Assembly: GCA_963813155.1 (NCBI GenBank)
Contig: CAWEYG010000005.1
Location: 160,001-224,000 of the forward strand
Origin: an uncultured Acidobacteriota bacterium
Lineage (GTDB): Bacteria > Acidobacteriota > Thermoanaerobaculia > UBA5066 > DATFVB01
DNA: 64,000 nucleotides
Direction: 5' to 3'
The notes under the pieces are model-generated. The model did no database searches. It saw nothing but the letters and a program-made list of their open reading frames with translations, and was not told where the DNA came from. The translations under genes were made by a program, and so were the position numbers. Below are positions 38,173 to 48,744 of the stretch, piece by piece. Numbering within the stretch: the first letter of the stretch is position 1; each line of letters starts with the position of its first letter.

Positions 38173-39021
38173 ATGCGGGTCTTCGACGTCCACATTCACG
38201 TTCAGCCTCACTCGGAGTTCAACGCGGTTTCGCGCGAGTTCCTCGAGCGTGGGCGCCGAGATCTCGAGCGGTACGCGAAGATCGAGGGCTCTCCCCGCGA
38301 GCTGCTTCGCTTCCTCGACGAACAGGAGATCGAACGCGCCTGCCTGATCAACTACTCCGCGCCCGACACCCTGGGCCTTTCCGAAAACGTCTTCGAGTGG
38401 GTGCTCCGCTACTGCCGGGAGGACCCGAGGAGGCTGCTCGCAACCGGGTCGGTGCATCCCCGGCTCGCGAAGCCCGGGGAGCACGCCGCGCGGCGCCTCT
38501 TCGAGAGCGGGATCCGGATGCTCAAGCTCCATCCCCCTCACCAGCTCTTTTCGCCCAACGACCACCTTTTCGGAAATGCGGTGCTGGCCGAGATCTACGC
38601 CGACGCGCAGGAGGCTGGACGGCCGGTGATGATCCACACGGGCACGTCGGTTTTTCCGTCGGCGCGGAACCGGTTCGCGGACCCGATGCCGGTCGACGAC
38701 GTCGCGGTCGATTTCCCGAAGTTGAAGATCGTCCTCGCGCACTGCGGGCGGCCGCTGTTCTACGAGACGGCGTTTTTTCTCGCGCGCCGGCACGAGAACG
38801 TCTACCTGGAGCTGTCCGGAATCCCGCCGAAAAAGCTCCTCCAGGCCCTCCCGCGGCTCGAGGACGTCGCGCACAAGACCCTGTGGGGGACCGACTGGCC
38901 CTCGCCCGGCATTTCCTCGCCGGCGGAGAACGTGGCCGCGTTCCGCGCGCTGTCGCTCTCGGAGGGGGCGAAGCAGAAGATCCTGTACGACAACGCGCAG
39001 GCACTGTTCCCCGAGAACTGA
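38173..39021 (+). CDS. Amidohydrolase family protein (amidohydro_2)
   Basis: DVHIH, KLHP, HTG, LAHCG, WGTDWP, ILYDNA. Confidence 0.88.
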   Translation: MRVFDVHIHVQPHSEFNAVSREFLERGRRDLERYAKIEGSPRELLRFLDEQEIERACLINYSAPDTLGLSENVFEWVLRYCREDPRRLLATGSVHPRLAKPGEHAARRLFESGIRMLKLHPPHQLFSPNDHLFGNAVLAEIYADAQEAGRPVMIHTGTSVFPSARNRFADPMPVDDVAVDFPKLKIVLAHCGRPLFYETAFFLARRHENVYLELSGIPPKKLLQALPRLEDVAHKTLWGTDWPSPGISSPAENVAAFRALSLSEGAKQKILYDNAQALFPEN

Positions 39022-39208
39022 CCGGGCGGGAGCGGGTCTTCGAGGTCTCTCGTCGGCGCGGCCGGGGCCAACGCGCCAGCGCAGGCTGGTCTCTGAGATC
39101 CCGAGGGAAAGCGAATTGCGGCCGAGGGTCGAAGAGACTTGCCGAGCGGGTGCTGGGGCTGGCCGCGCCGACGGGCCGAGGTTTGACGGAACGTATAATC
39201 GAATCCGG

Positions 39209-40120
39209 ATGACCGCCTCGCACCCGCACGCGATCCGAACGGTCCTCATCGTGGGCTCCGGGACGATGGGCCGGGGAATCGCCTCGGTCACTGCGATTCG
39301 CGGCTTCGAGACGCTCCTCTTCGACGCCGACCCGCGCTCCCTCGGGGCCGCCCACGAGCTCATCGGGGCGTCGTGGGACAAAGCGGTTTCCCGCCAGAAG
39401 CTCTCCGCGGAGGACGTTCGCGCCGCTCGCCTGCGCCTCCGCTGCCTCTCGCGGCTGGCGGACGGGGCTCCTGCGGACGCTGCGATCGAGGCCGTTCCGG
39501 AGAGCCTCGATCTGAAACGTTCGATCTTTTCGGAGCTCGATGCGATTTGCGCCGAGAGCGCGCTTCTCGCCTCGAACACCTCGTCCCTGTCGATCTCGAA
39601 GATCGCGACGGCGACCCGCCGGCCGGCTCGCGTGATCGGGCTCCATTTCTTCAACCCGGTGGCCGTCAAGACGCTCGTCGAGATCGTCGCGGGGGCGGAG
39701 ACCTCGGCGGAGACCGTCGCCCGCGCCCGAACGTTCGTGGAAGCCCTCGGCAAGGAGCCGATCTCCGTCCGGGATTCGCCGGGGTTCGCGACGTCGAGGC
39801 TCGGCGTCGCGCTCGGGCTCGAGGCGGCGCGCATGCTGGAAGAGGGCGTCGCCTCCGCGGCCGACATCGACCGGGCGATGGAAGCGGGCTACGGCCATGC
39901 CATGGGCCCCCTGAAGACGTCCGACCTCGTAGGCCTCGACGTGCGACTGTCGATCGCGAACAGCCTGTCCGAAGAGCTTTCGGAAGAGCGGTTCCGCCCG
40001 CCGGAGATTCTGCGGCGGCTCGTGGCGGAGGGAAAGACGGGCCGGAAGGCGGGCGAGGGATTCTACCGGTGGGACGGCGACACGCCGGTGCCGGCCGGGC
40101 GCAAGCCGGGCAAGAGCTGA
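39209..40120 (+). CDS. 3-hydroxyacyl/3-hydroxybutyryl-CoA dehydrogenase
   Basis: GSGTMGRGIA, EAVPE..K, ASNTSSLSI, GLHFFNP, MGPLKTSDLVGLDV. Confidence 0.92.
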   Translation: MTASHPHAIRTVLIVGSGTMGRGIASVTAIRGFETLLFDADPRSLGAAHELIGASWDKAVSRQKLSAEDVRAARLRLRCLSRLADGAPADAAIEAVPESLDLKRSIFSELDAICAESALLASNTSSLSISKIATATRRPARVIGLHFFNPVAVKTLVEIVAGAETSAETVARARTFVEALGKEPISVRDSPGFATSRLGVALGLEAARMLEEGVASAADIDRAMEAGYGHAMGPLKTSDLVGLDVRLSIANSLSEELSEERFRPPEILRRLVAEGKTGRKAGEGFYRWDGDTPVPAGRKPGKS

Positions 40121-40127
40121 CCTCCGG

Positions 40128-40970
40128 TCAGGCGGCGTCTTCTCCCGCGAACTCGATTCGAACGTCCCGAACGAGGCCCGCCCGGGCCGCGCGCCCGAGG
40201 AAGGTCTCGATCGCGAGCCGGCCCCGTTCGCCGTAGCCGCGCGTCCAGTCGTTGACGTACATCGCAACGAAGCGATCCGCCTTTTCGCGGTCGAGGTCGC
40301 GGGCGAACTGCATGGCATAGTCGAGCGCGTCCTTCCGGTGGTCCAGCGCGTACTCGATCGAATCCCCGAGCGCGCCCGACACTCTTCGAATCGTGTCCGC
40401 TCCAAGGTCCTTCCGGATGACGTTTCCCCCGAGCGGCAGCGGTAGTCCGGTCTCCTGCTTCCACCAGGCCCCGAGGTCGACGACCCGAAACAGTCCTTCC
40501 GTCTCGTAAGTCAACTGGCCCTCGTGGATGAGCACGCCCGCGTCCACCTCCTGGGACTGCACGGCCGCAAGGATCGCGTCGAAGGGGAGGGTCGTCGTGG
40601 CGGTCCCGGGCCTCCAGAGCTGGAGCGCGAGGGCGGCGGAGGTCTTCGCCCCGGGGATCGCGACGCGGATTCCCTCCAGGTCGTGCTTCGAGAGAGGGCG
40701 CGAGGAAACGACGACCGGGCCGTAGCCGTCTCCGAACGAGGCGCCGTGCGGGAGCAGCGCGTAGTGCTCCGCGACGCCGGGATAGGCGTGGAACGAAATG
40801 GCGGAGACGTCGAGCTCGCGGTTTTCCGTCCGGCGGTTGAGCGTCTCGATGTCCGACAGCTGGTGGACGAACTCGATTCCGCGGTCGTCGATCTTTTTTT
40901 CGGCGAGCGCGTAGAACATGAATGCGTCGTCGGAATCCGGGGAATGAGCGACCGAGATCGTCTTTCTCAC
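40128..40970 (-). CDS. mqnD: MqnA/MqnD family menaquinone (futalosine pathway) protein, probably MqnD
   Basis: AHSPDSDDAFMFYAL, DIETLN, SFGDGYGP, LIHEGQLTY, LPLPLGGN, MYVN. Confidence 0.85.
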   Translation of the reverse strand: MRKTISVAHSPDSDDAFMFYALAEKKIDDRGIEFVHQLSDIETLNRRTENRELDVSAISFHAYPGVAEHYALLPHGASFGDGYGPVVVSSRPLSKHDLEGIRVAIPGAKTSAALALQLWRPGTATTTLPFDAILAAVQSQEVDAGVLIHEGQLTYETEGLFRVVDLGAWWKQETGLPLPLGGNVIRKDLGADTIRRVSGALGDSIEYALDHRKDALDYAMQFARDLDREKADRFVAMYVNDWTRGYGERGRLAIETFLGRAARAGLVRDVRIEFAGEDAA

Positions 40971-41015
40971 AGGGACACCCCGCCAAAAAAAAGTTTGAAA
41001 ATCAAGAAATATTTC

Positions 41016-41043
41016 TTGCGTCTCGTCGAAAAACACTTAAAAT
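41016..41043 (+). promoter_or_regulatory. Sigma70-type promoter with AT-rich upstream element
   Basis: TTGCGT-N16-TAAAAT preceded by A/T tracts (40985-41015) that are rare in this GC-rich DNA. Confidence 0.6.
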
Positions 41044-41044
41044 G

Positions 41045-41192
41045 AAATCGCCGAAGGGAATCAAGCCCTCCGGCGATTTAGGAGCGAATGTTCCTACAAA
41101 CTAACGGTAGTGACAGTCCGCAGGTGTTACGCCCCTTCCCAATCAGGGGGGTCAACATAGCACCGGCCCAACGGTCTGTCAATCGACTACCG
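41045..41192 (+). ncRNA. Structured 5' leader or ncRNA of unknown family
   Basis: Hairpins 41045-41079 and 41079-41096, then an ~88-nt rod 41105-41192 (CGGTAGT/ACTACCG, GACAG/CTGTC, GGTGTTA/TAGCACC, CCCCT/AGGGG). Confidence 0.5.
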
Positions 41193-41208
41193 GGAGGGAG
41201 GTGACGAA

Positions 41209-41271
41209 ATGGCCACCAAAAAGAAAGCTGCCAAGAAGAAGACCGCGAAGAAATCCACCAAGAAGAAGTAA
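41209..41271 (+). CDS. 20-aa lysine-rich micro-protein MATKKKAAKKKTAKKSTKKK (histone H1-like repeat)
   Basis: GGAGGT SD at 41197-41202, ATG..TAA, followed by an intrinsic terminator. Below the ORF-track size cutoff. Confidence 0.75.
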   Translation: MATKKKAAKKKTAKKSTKKK

Positions 41272-41293
41272 CTCAACTCTGTCTAGGGTTTGA

Positions 41294-41320
41294 CGGGGCC
41301 TTCGGGCCCCGCTTTTTTTT
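41294..41320 (+). terminator. Rho-independent terminator
   Basis: CGGGGCC-TTCG-GGCCCCG followed by T8. Confidence 0.9.
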
Positions 41321-41385
41321 GTCCTTTTTCGCGGACGGGGCCGTCCATCGGCTCTTCAGCTATATCTGAGATGATATAGTTGGCC

Positions 41386-41883
41386 GTGTCGCTCGAACAC
41401 GTTCTCCTCGCCCTCCTCTCCGATCAACCCGCGTCCGGCTACGAGCTCAAGAAGCGAATCGAGAGCGAGCTCGACCCGCTGTGGAGAGCGGAGGTCTCCC
41501 AGATCTATCCCTCGCTGGACAGGCTGCGTCGGGCGGGATTTGTGGCGATGAAGGTCGTCGGGCCCGGGCGGGGCCCGCGGAGCAACCGCCACCGGATCAC
41601 CCCCCGCGGACGCCGCGAGCTGGAGCGCTGGTGGAAGGAGCCTCTCCGGCCTCCGGATCTCCGGGACGAGTCCTTGCTGCGCGTTCTCGCGTCGGAGGCG
41701 GGCGGCAGCCGGGCGTTTGCCGATTCTCTTCGGGTCTACGACCGGGCGCTGTCGGACGAGATGGCGAGGCTTCGGAAGAAGACCGCCGCGACCGTGATCG
41801 CCGAGGCGGTCCGGCAGGCCGCGCTGTCCCGGCTGGAGGCGGCGAGGCGCTGGGCGCGCGCCCGGTACCCTACTTCTTCTTGA
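41386..41883 (+). CDS. PadR-family transcriptional regulator
   Basis: [33 protein letters not shown]. Confidence 0.85.
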   Translation: MSLEHVLLALLSDQPASGYELKKRIESELDPLWRAEVSQIYPSLDRLRRAGFVAMKVVGPGRGPRSNRHRITPRGRRELERWWKEPLRPPDLRDESLLRVLASEAGGSRAFADSLRVYDRALSDEMARLRKKTAATVIAEAVRQAALSRLEAARRWARARYPTSS

Positions 41884-42454
41884 GCTCGAGCAGGACGAGC
41901 TTCGCGATCGCCTTGAGCGTCTCGAAGACTCCGATTCCCTGGGGAGCGACGGCCTCGAAAGTCGGCTCTCCCTTGACGTTCAGGTGCTGGTACATCTCGT
42001 CGGCCGGCATGGCCGTCGGCAAGTCGCGCTTGTTGAACTGGAGGACGTAGGGGATCGTCGCGAGGTCGTACCCCTGCTCCTTGAGGTTCTTGTCCAGGTT
42101 CCGGAGCGACTCGACGTTGGCCTCCGCGCGCGCCCGCTGGGAATCCGAGACGAAGACCACTCCGTCCACCCCTTTGAGGATGAGCTTGCGCGAAGCGTCG
42201 TAAAAGACCTGCCCCGGCACGGTGTAGAGGTGGAAACGCGTGCGGAACCCCCGCACGGTCCCCAGGTCCAGGGGAAGAAAGTCGAAAAAGAGCGTCCGGT
42301 CGGTCTCGGTCGCGAGGGAGATCAATTTGCCTTTGGAGTTCGAATTCGTCCGGTCGTAGACGTACTGGAGATTCGTCGTCTTTCCGCCGAGGCCCGGCCC
42401 GTAGAAAACGATCTTGCAGTTGATCTCGCGGGCGGCGTAGTTAATGAACGTCAT
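41870..42454 (-). CDS. mglA: MglA small Ras-like GTPase
   Basis: [37 protein letters not shown]. Confidence 0.95.
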   Translation of the reverse strand: MTFINYAAREINCKIVFYGPGLGGKTTNLQYVYDRTNSNSKGKLISLATETDRTLFFDFLPLDLGTVRGFRTRFHLYTVPGQVFYDASRKLILKGVDGVVFVSDSQRARAEANVESLRNLDKNLKEQGYDLATIPYVLQFNKRDLPTAMPADEMYQHLNVKGEPTFEAVAPQGIGVFETLKAIAKLVLLELKKK

Positions 42455-42477
42455 GGGCGTGTCGCGGCGGTCGGAGG

Positions 42478-42975
42478 CTACTCGGAAAACAGATTGTCGA
42501 TGTCTTCGTCCGTGATTTCCGCGAACGGGGATTCGAATCCCCCGACGCTGCTCTTCTCGACCTCGACCTTCTTGAGGAGATCCGCAAAGACCTTTTCGAG
42601 CTCCAGGGAGGCTTTTCGGACCCGAAGACGAACGAGTCCCAGCGACGAACGATCGTCGAAGATGACCACGAGGATCACGCGTTGCCCGACAATCGAGATG
42701 TGGATGTTGTCCTTTTCCCCCTCGTGGAACAGGATCGAGAATTCCTTTTCTCCGATGAGGCGCGCGAGGCCGTCGGTCGCGGCGACGTTTCCGGCCGTCA
42801 GCGACGCAAGGGACGTGGTATCGACGGACTCCAGATCCCCGTTCGCGGCGATCTGCTGGCCGTTCTTATCCACAAGGAAGACAATTTTCGCGTTCGCTTC
42901 GACCCGAAGGCGCGAAATGATCTCCTTGATCAGCTGGAATTCCTCATCGTACATGATGAGGTCGGGAGAGGCCAT
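42478..42975 (-). CDS. mglB: MglB roadblock/LC7 GTPase-activating protein
   Basis: [41 protein letters not shown]; directly upstream of mglA. Confidence 0.93.
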   Translation of the reverse strand: MASPDLIMYDEEFQLIKEIISRLRVEANAKIVFLVDKNGQQIAANGDLESVDTTSLASLTAGNVAATDGLARLIGEKEFSILFHEGEKDNIHISIVGQRVILVVIFDDRSSLGLVRLRVRKASLELEKVFADLLKKVEVEKSSVGGFESPFAEITDEDIDNLFSE

Positions 42976-43022
42976 GGAAGCTCTTCTACACCTTTCTCAG
43001 AATAAGGGTTTTATACCATATT

Positions 43023-43619
43023 CTAGATTTCCCGCCGGTTCAACAGCGAACGCGCCATGGTGACCTCGTCGGCATACTCCAGGTCGCCTCCCACCGGGAG
43101 GCCGAAGGCGATCCGCGTGACGGCGACGTTCTTCGGCTTGAGCAGCCGGGCCAGGTAAAGCGCCGTGGCTTCTCCTTCCACGTTCGGGTCGGTCGCGACC
43201 ACGACTTCCCGGACCCCGCCGTCGAGGCGGGGGAGCAGGCTGGAAATCTCGATCTCCTCGGGTCCGACGCCCTTCAGCGGGGAGAGCGCCCCCCACAGCA
43301 CGTGGTAGCGGCCGCGAAACTCCCTCGTTCGCTCCACGACGGAGACGTCCGCGGGGTCTTCCACGACGCACAGGATCGACGGGTCGCGCGCCGGGTCGGA
43401 ACAGATCTCGCAGGGGTCTTCTTCGGTGAGCATGTTGCACGTGCCGCATCGGCGCACGGCTTCCCTCGCGGAAAGGATCGCCGCGGCGAGCGCTTCCGAT
43501 TCGGCCGCGGATCCGCGCAGAAGGTGGTAGGCGATTCGGGCCGCGCCCTTCGCCCCGATGCCCGGCAGCCGCTCGAAGGCCGCCGACAGTTTCTCGAAGG
43601 ATTTCGGAAGAACCGACAT
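43023..43619 (-). CDS. recR: Recombination mediator RecR
   Basis: LPGIGAKGAARIA, C4 zinc finger, Toprim (VEGEATALY), GGDLEYAD. Confidence 0.96.
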   Translation of the reverse strand: MSVLPKSFEKLSAAFERLPGIGAKGAARIAYHLLRGSAAESEALAAAILSAREAVRRCGTCNMLTEEDPCEICSDPARDPSILCVVEDPADVSVVERTREFRGRYHVLWGALSPLKGVGPEEIEISSLLPRLDGGVREVVVATDPNVEGEATALYLARLLKPKNVAVTRIAFGLPVGGDLEYADEVTMARSLLNRREI

Positions 43620-43628
43620 TCGGTGGCC

Positions 43629-43922
43629 CTAGAAACCGGGGACCATGCCCCCCAGCATCCGAGAGGTCCGGGCCTGCACTTCCTCGTCGACCTTCCTGCC
43701 GGCCTCTCGCGCCGCCACGACAATGAGGTCCTGGAGCATTTCGAGATCCGACGGATCGACGAGAGTCTTTTCGATCCGGCAGGACAGGATCTCCTTCGTG
43801 CCGGACATCGTGATCGAGACGGCGCCCCCCCCGGCGGTTCCTTCGACGGCGACAGCCGCGAGCTCGGTCTGGACCTTGTCCTGCATGGCCTGCGCCTGCT
43901 TCATCATCTGCCGGATGTTCAT
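43629..43922 (-). CDS. ybaB: YbaB/EbfC nucleoid-associated protein
   Basis: MMKQAQAMQ, GTAGGGAV, DLEMLQDLIVVA; between dnaX and recR. Confidence 0.95.
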   Translation of the reverse strand: MNIRQMMKQAQAMQDKVQTELAAVAVEGTAGGGAVSITMSGTKEILSCRIEKTLVDPSDLEMLQDLIVVAAREAGRKVDEEVQARTSRMLGGMVPGF

Positions 43923-45540
43923 TTCTTCTCCTTGATGTCGACGACTTCTCCCCGGAAAAGGGCCATCGCCTTCTGGACCATCGGGTCCTCCTGGGCGCGG
44001 CTGGACGCCCGCTCGCGGGAGAGAACCTGGGGCGAGACGCTGCGGGCGGCTTCGGTCAGGTTGCCGTCCGCCGGAGGTCCGCTGACGAGGCGGATCGCCA
44101 GGTCGCGGCCATAGGCCTCGCGAGCCGCTTCCGAGAGAAGCTTCGCGGCCTCGGGCCGGGAGAGCGCGTCCTTCGCCGTGGCCTTGTCGATCGGGAATTC
44201 GAGGACGAGCTCGCCGTCCTTCTCTTCGATCCGGTTCGCGAGCGACGCGTATGTCCCGATGAGCATCCGACGGGTCTCGACAATCTTCAGAAACCTTCGA
44301 GCGGGGTCTTCGGCGGACGGGGCGCGGGGCGGCGGTTCCGCTTCGGGGGCCGGAACGAGCGAAACGAAACGGGGCTCTCCCCGAAGAGAAGCGGGCGCTC
44401 TGCCGCCGCCTCCCGCCGGAGCGGCGAGGAAGAGGAAGAGGAAGACGATGCCGAGATCATGTCCTCGATCGCCCGAAGCCGCGGAAGCTCCGCCATTTTC
44501 AGCAGGGCCATTTCCCAGACGATCCAGGGGTCGGCCGCGCGCGGGAACTCCCTCTCGGTCTCGAGCTCGAGGGCGACGGCGCGAAGCAGCGTCTCGTACG
44601 GCGCGAGCCCGGCAAGCTTGGCAAGCCGATCGTCTTTCGACGGAGGATTGGCCGAAGCCATCAGCACCTCGCGGAGAAACGACAGGAACTCGCGCGATCC
44701 GTGCCGGGGGTCGAGGCCCTCTTCCCGGGCGCGGGACAGGATTCCGACGAGGGCGGCGCGGTCTCCCGCGACGACGGCTCCGAAGAGCGCCTCGAGAGTC
44801 GACCGGTCGACGAACGCGAAAATCTCCGCGCAGCGCTGTTCGTCGATTTTTCCTTCGGAGAGCGTCGCCGCCTGGTCGAGAAGCGACAGGGCGTCGCGAA
44901 GCGATCCGTCCGAGGCCCGGGAGATCGCCGCCAGGGCGCCGTCGGTGGCGGTGAGCGATTCCTTCTGCGCGACTTCGCGAAGGCGTTCCTCGATTTCCGG
45001 CTCCGTGAGCCGGCGAAAGGAGAACCGCTGGCAGCGAGAGATGATCGTCGCGGGGATCTTGTGCAGCTCCGTGGAGGCGAGGATGAAGATCGCGTGGGGA
45101 GGAGGCTCCTCGATCGTTTTCAGCAGCGCGTTGAACGCCGCCTTCGACAGCATGTGGACTTCGTCGAGAATCAGGATCCGGTACCGGTCGCGCTGCGGCG
45201 CGTAGCGCAGGATTTCGATCAGCTCGCGGGCGTCCTCGACGCTGTTGTTGGATGCGGCGTCGAGCTCGATCGTGTCGAGAGACTCGCCGCGCGCGGCGAT
45301 CTCGACACAGGAGGCGCACTTGCCGCACGGCGTGACCGTCGGCCCCTTCTCGCAGTTGAGGCTCGCGGCCAGCAGCCGGGCCGTCGTTGTCTTGCCGACT
45401 CCGCGGGGACCCGTGAAAAGGTACGCGTGGTTGACCCGGCCCGACTCGAGGGCGTGCGAAAGCGTGCGCGAAACGGCGTCCTGTCCGACGAGCGCGTCGA
45501 AGGTCTGGGGGCGCCATTTTCGGGGAAGGGCAAGTTGCAT
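43919..45540 (-). CDS. dnaX: DNA polymerase III subunit gamma/tau (split across two frames near 44420-44450)
   Basis: RKWRPQTF, GPRGVGKTT, DEVHML, SRCQ in the 0 frame (stop at 44287). The tau-like C-terminus (..DPMVQKAMALFRGEVVDI) is in the -1 frame and ends at 43919. Confidence 0.9.
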
Positions 45541-45561
45541 CGTCTAGCCTATAAGTCGAGA

Positions 45562-45692
45562 GCCGAGGCCGACGATGAGTTCAGGCACCCCTGCGGCGCA
45601 CGGTGGCATCTCCTGATCGCTGCTTCCTTCCGGACCTGACGAGGTTCGGAGACTTCCGTCGCACAGGACCCGAACTCATCCTCGGCCCCGGC
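45562..45692 (-). ncRNA. ffs: Signal recognition particle RNA
   Basis: Minus strand holds the domain IV core TCAGGTCCGGAAGGAAGCAGC inside a long hairpin; classic position upstream of dnaX. Ends approximate. Confidence 0.92.
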
Positions 45693-45704
45693 AGGGAGAT
45701 TCTC

Positions 45705-45938
45705 TCACACTTCGCGGTTTGCCCGGGGATCGCGCCGGAGGGCCCACCGGGCCACGACCGCGCAGAGCGCGAACCCGGCCGCCAGGTCGAAATCGCGTCC
45801 GAAATGGGGCGGCAGGTCCGGCCACCCGGGGCCGAAGTCGATCCAGCTGAACACCGCCGCGAACGCGACGGTGAAGAGGAGCGAGGCGAAGACGATGCGG
45901 GTCGCGAAATGACCATCGGAAGTGAGATTTTTCATCAA
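45705..45938 (-). CDS. Small hypothetical membrane protein
   Basis: 77 aa with two hydrophobic segments between tRNA-Ser and ffs; weak support. Confidence 0.4.
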   Translation of the reverse strand: MMKNLTSDGHFATRIVFASLLFTVAFAAVFSWIDFGPGWPDLPPHFGRDFDLAAGFALCAVVARWALRRDPRANREV

Positions 45939-45940
45939 AA

Positions 45941-46030
45941 TGGCGGAGAGTCAGGGATTCGAACCCTGGGTACGGTTTCCCGCACACACGCTTTCCAAGC
46001 GTGCTCCTTAAGCCACTCGGACAACTCTCC
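45941..46030 (-). tRNA. tRNA-Ser (GGA)
   Basis: 90-nt GGAGAGT...CTCTCCGCCA; anticodon arm CACGC-TTGGAAA-GCGTG; long variable arm; GGTTCGAATCC. Confidence 0.97.
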
Positions 46031-46074
46031 GCGAGCGGCAGGAGGGGCAGTATAGCCGAAGGGATCGGCGACCT

Positions 46075-47409
<1,335 letters not shown>

Positions 47410-47419
47410 GCTCCCTCCT

Positions 47420-47740
47420 TCAGGCGGTCAGGGTCTGTTCGCCGAGTTTCCGGAGATATTCGAAGGAATAGATCCCGTCGTTGTGGCCGTCCTGCCAGAA
47501 GATCTGGATCGCGTAGCTCCCGATTTTTTGCCAGCCGTGCATCAGGAACGCGCCGAGGCCGTACGGCCGATCGGGGCCCTTGTAGACGTTGCCGAAGAGG
47601 TCCTGTTCCCCCCGGCACATCGCGCAGGGGCAGTTGCGGCGGAGCGTTTCGAGGGAGAGATAGTCCTCGCGGCCGTCGGCCCAGGCGACGGCGAGCTCCT
47701 TGCCGATCTGTTGAATGGACGCTGGCGCGGCGGATCCCAC
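47420..47740 (-). CDS. DUF971 (gamma-butyrobetaine hydroxylase N-terminal-like) protein
   Basis: LRRNCPCAMC, GSYAIQIFWQDGHNDGIYSFEYL. Confidence 0.88.
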   Translation of the reverse strand: MGSAAPASIQQIGKELAVAWADGREDYLSLETLRRNCPCAMCRGEQDLFGNVYKGPDRPYGLGAFLMHGWQKIGSYAIQIFWQDGHNDGIYSFEYLRKLGEQTLTA

Positions 47741-47766
47741 CGCCGAATTCTATCCCGGGCGGGTTT

Positions 47767-48744
47767 CTACGATTTCTCTTTCAGCTCTTTGAGCGCGGCC
47801 GCGTCACCCGCCGCGAGGTCCTTGTCGAAAATCTTCACGTAGGCGGACTTGCGCAGATCGGCGAGATACTCCGCGAATTTCTTGTCGTAGATCTCTTCCG
47901 ACATTTTCTTCCGGATGTCCTCTTTGACTTCGTCGAACGGGCGAAATCCAGCCGGCTGCCGGCTCGCGACCGCAAGCAGCGCATAGCCGCCGCGGACCGA
48001 CACCGGCGAGGATAGGTCTCCGCCGAAGATGGCCGAATCGAGTTCCTGAGTGAGATCACCCTTCGCGACGAGCCCGAGATCCCCGCCTCGATCCCGGGCG
48101 GGACCTTGCGAAATCTCCCGCGCGACGTCGGCGAACGCCGCCCCCGCCTTGATCCGTTTCTGCGCCTCTTCGATCTTCGCCCGGGCGGCCTCCTGCGAGG
48201 CCGGGTCGTTCGGCGCGAACCGGACGAGGATCTCGGAGACTTTCGCCTTCTCGGGCACGGCGTAGAGCTTGTCCTTGGTTCGCTCGTATTCGGTTCGGAC
48301 GGCGTCTTCGTTGAGGTTGATCGGCACCTCGCGCGCTAGCAGTTTGTTCGTGAGGAGCGACTCCCGGAGCTGCGTCCGGAGCAGTTCCTTCGTGAGTCCC
48401 TGCGCGGCGAGCGCGCGGTCGAACTCCTCGTCGGTCTTCATCCCGTACTGGTTCTTGACCCGCTCGACGGCTTCCGCGATCTCGTCTTCCGACATGCTCA
48501 GGCTCAGGGCCGCCGCCTTGTCTTCGACGAGCTTCTGGCGAATCATCTGCTCGAGCACGATGAGCCGGAGCCGGTTCGCGTCCGGCGGAGCTGCCGGATC
48601 CTGCCGGGCCCGCTCGACGTGGCTGTCGAGATCGCTTTGCGAGATCATCGCATCACCGACGCGCGCCACGACGCGGTCGACAAGGTCCGCCCCGCCGAGC
48701 GCGAGCGGCAGGCCGAGGAACACAAGGCAGGCAAGTGTTTTCAT
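47767..48744 (-). CDS. SurA-like peptidyl-prolyl isomerase
   Basis: VDRVVARV N-domain; FADVAREISQGP..GGDLG parvulin motif. Confidence 0.85.
   Translation of the reverse strand: MKTLACLVFLGLPLALGGADLVDRVVARVGDAMISQSDLDSHVERARQDPAAPPDANRLRLIVLEQMIRQKLVEDKAAALSLSMSEDEIAEAVERVKNQYGMKTDEEFDRALAAQGLTKELLRTQLRESLLTNKLLAREVPINLNEDAVRTEYERTKDKLYAVPEKAKVSEILVRFAPNDPASQEAARAKIEEAQKRIKAGAAFADVAREISQGPARDRGGDLGLVAKGDLTQELDSAIFGGDLSSPVSVRGGYALLAVASRQPAGFRPFDEVKEDIRKKMSEEIYDKKFAEYLADLRKSAYVKIFDKDLAAGDAAALKELKEKS

Noticed and set aside
39183-39199. TTGACG...TATAAT as a canonical -35/-10 promoter
   Set aside because: The spacer is only 5 nt; only the -10 element is usable.
41045-41192. Assignment of the structured leader to a known riboswitch or 6S RNA
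   Set aside because: No diagnostic aptamer motifs were recognised, and the rod is shorter than typical 6S RNA. Left unassigned pending an Rfam search.
41870-42975. mglAB as a novel system
   Set aside because: Well-known GTPase/GAP pair; its position after dnaX-ybaB-recR is not surprising.
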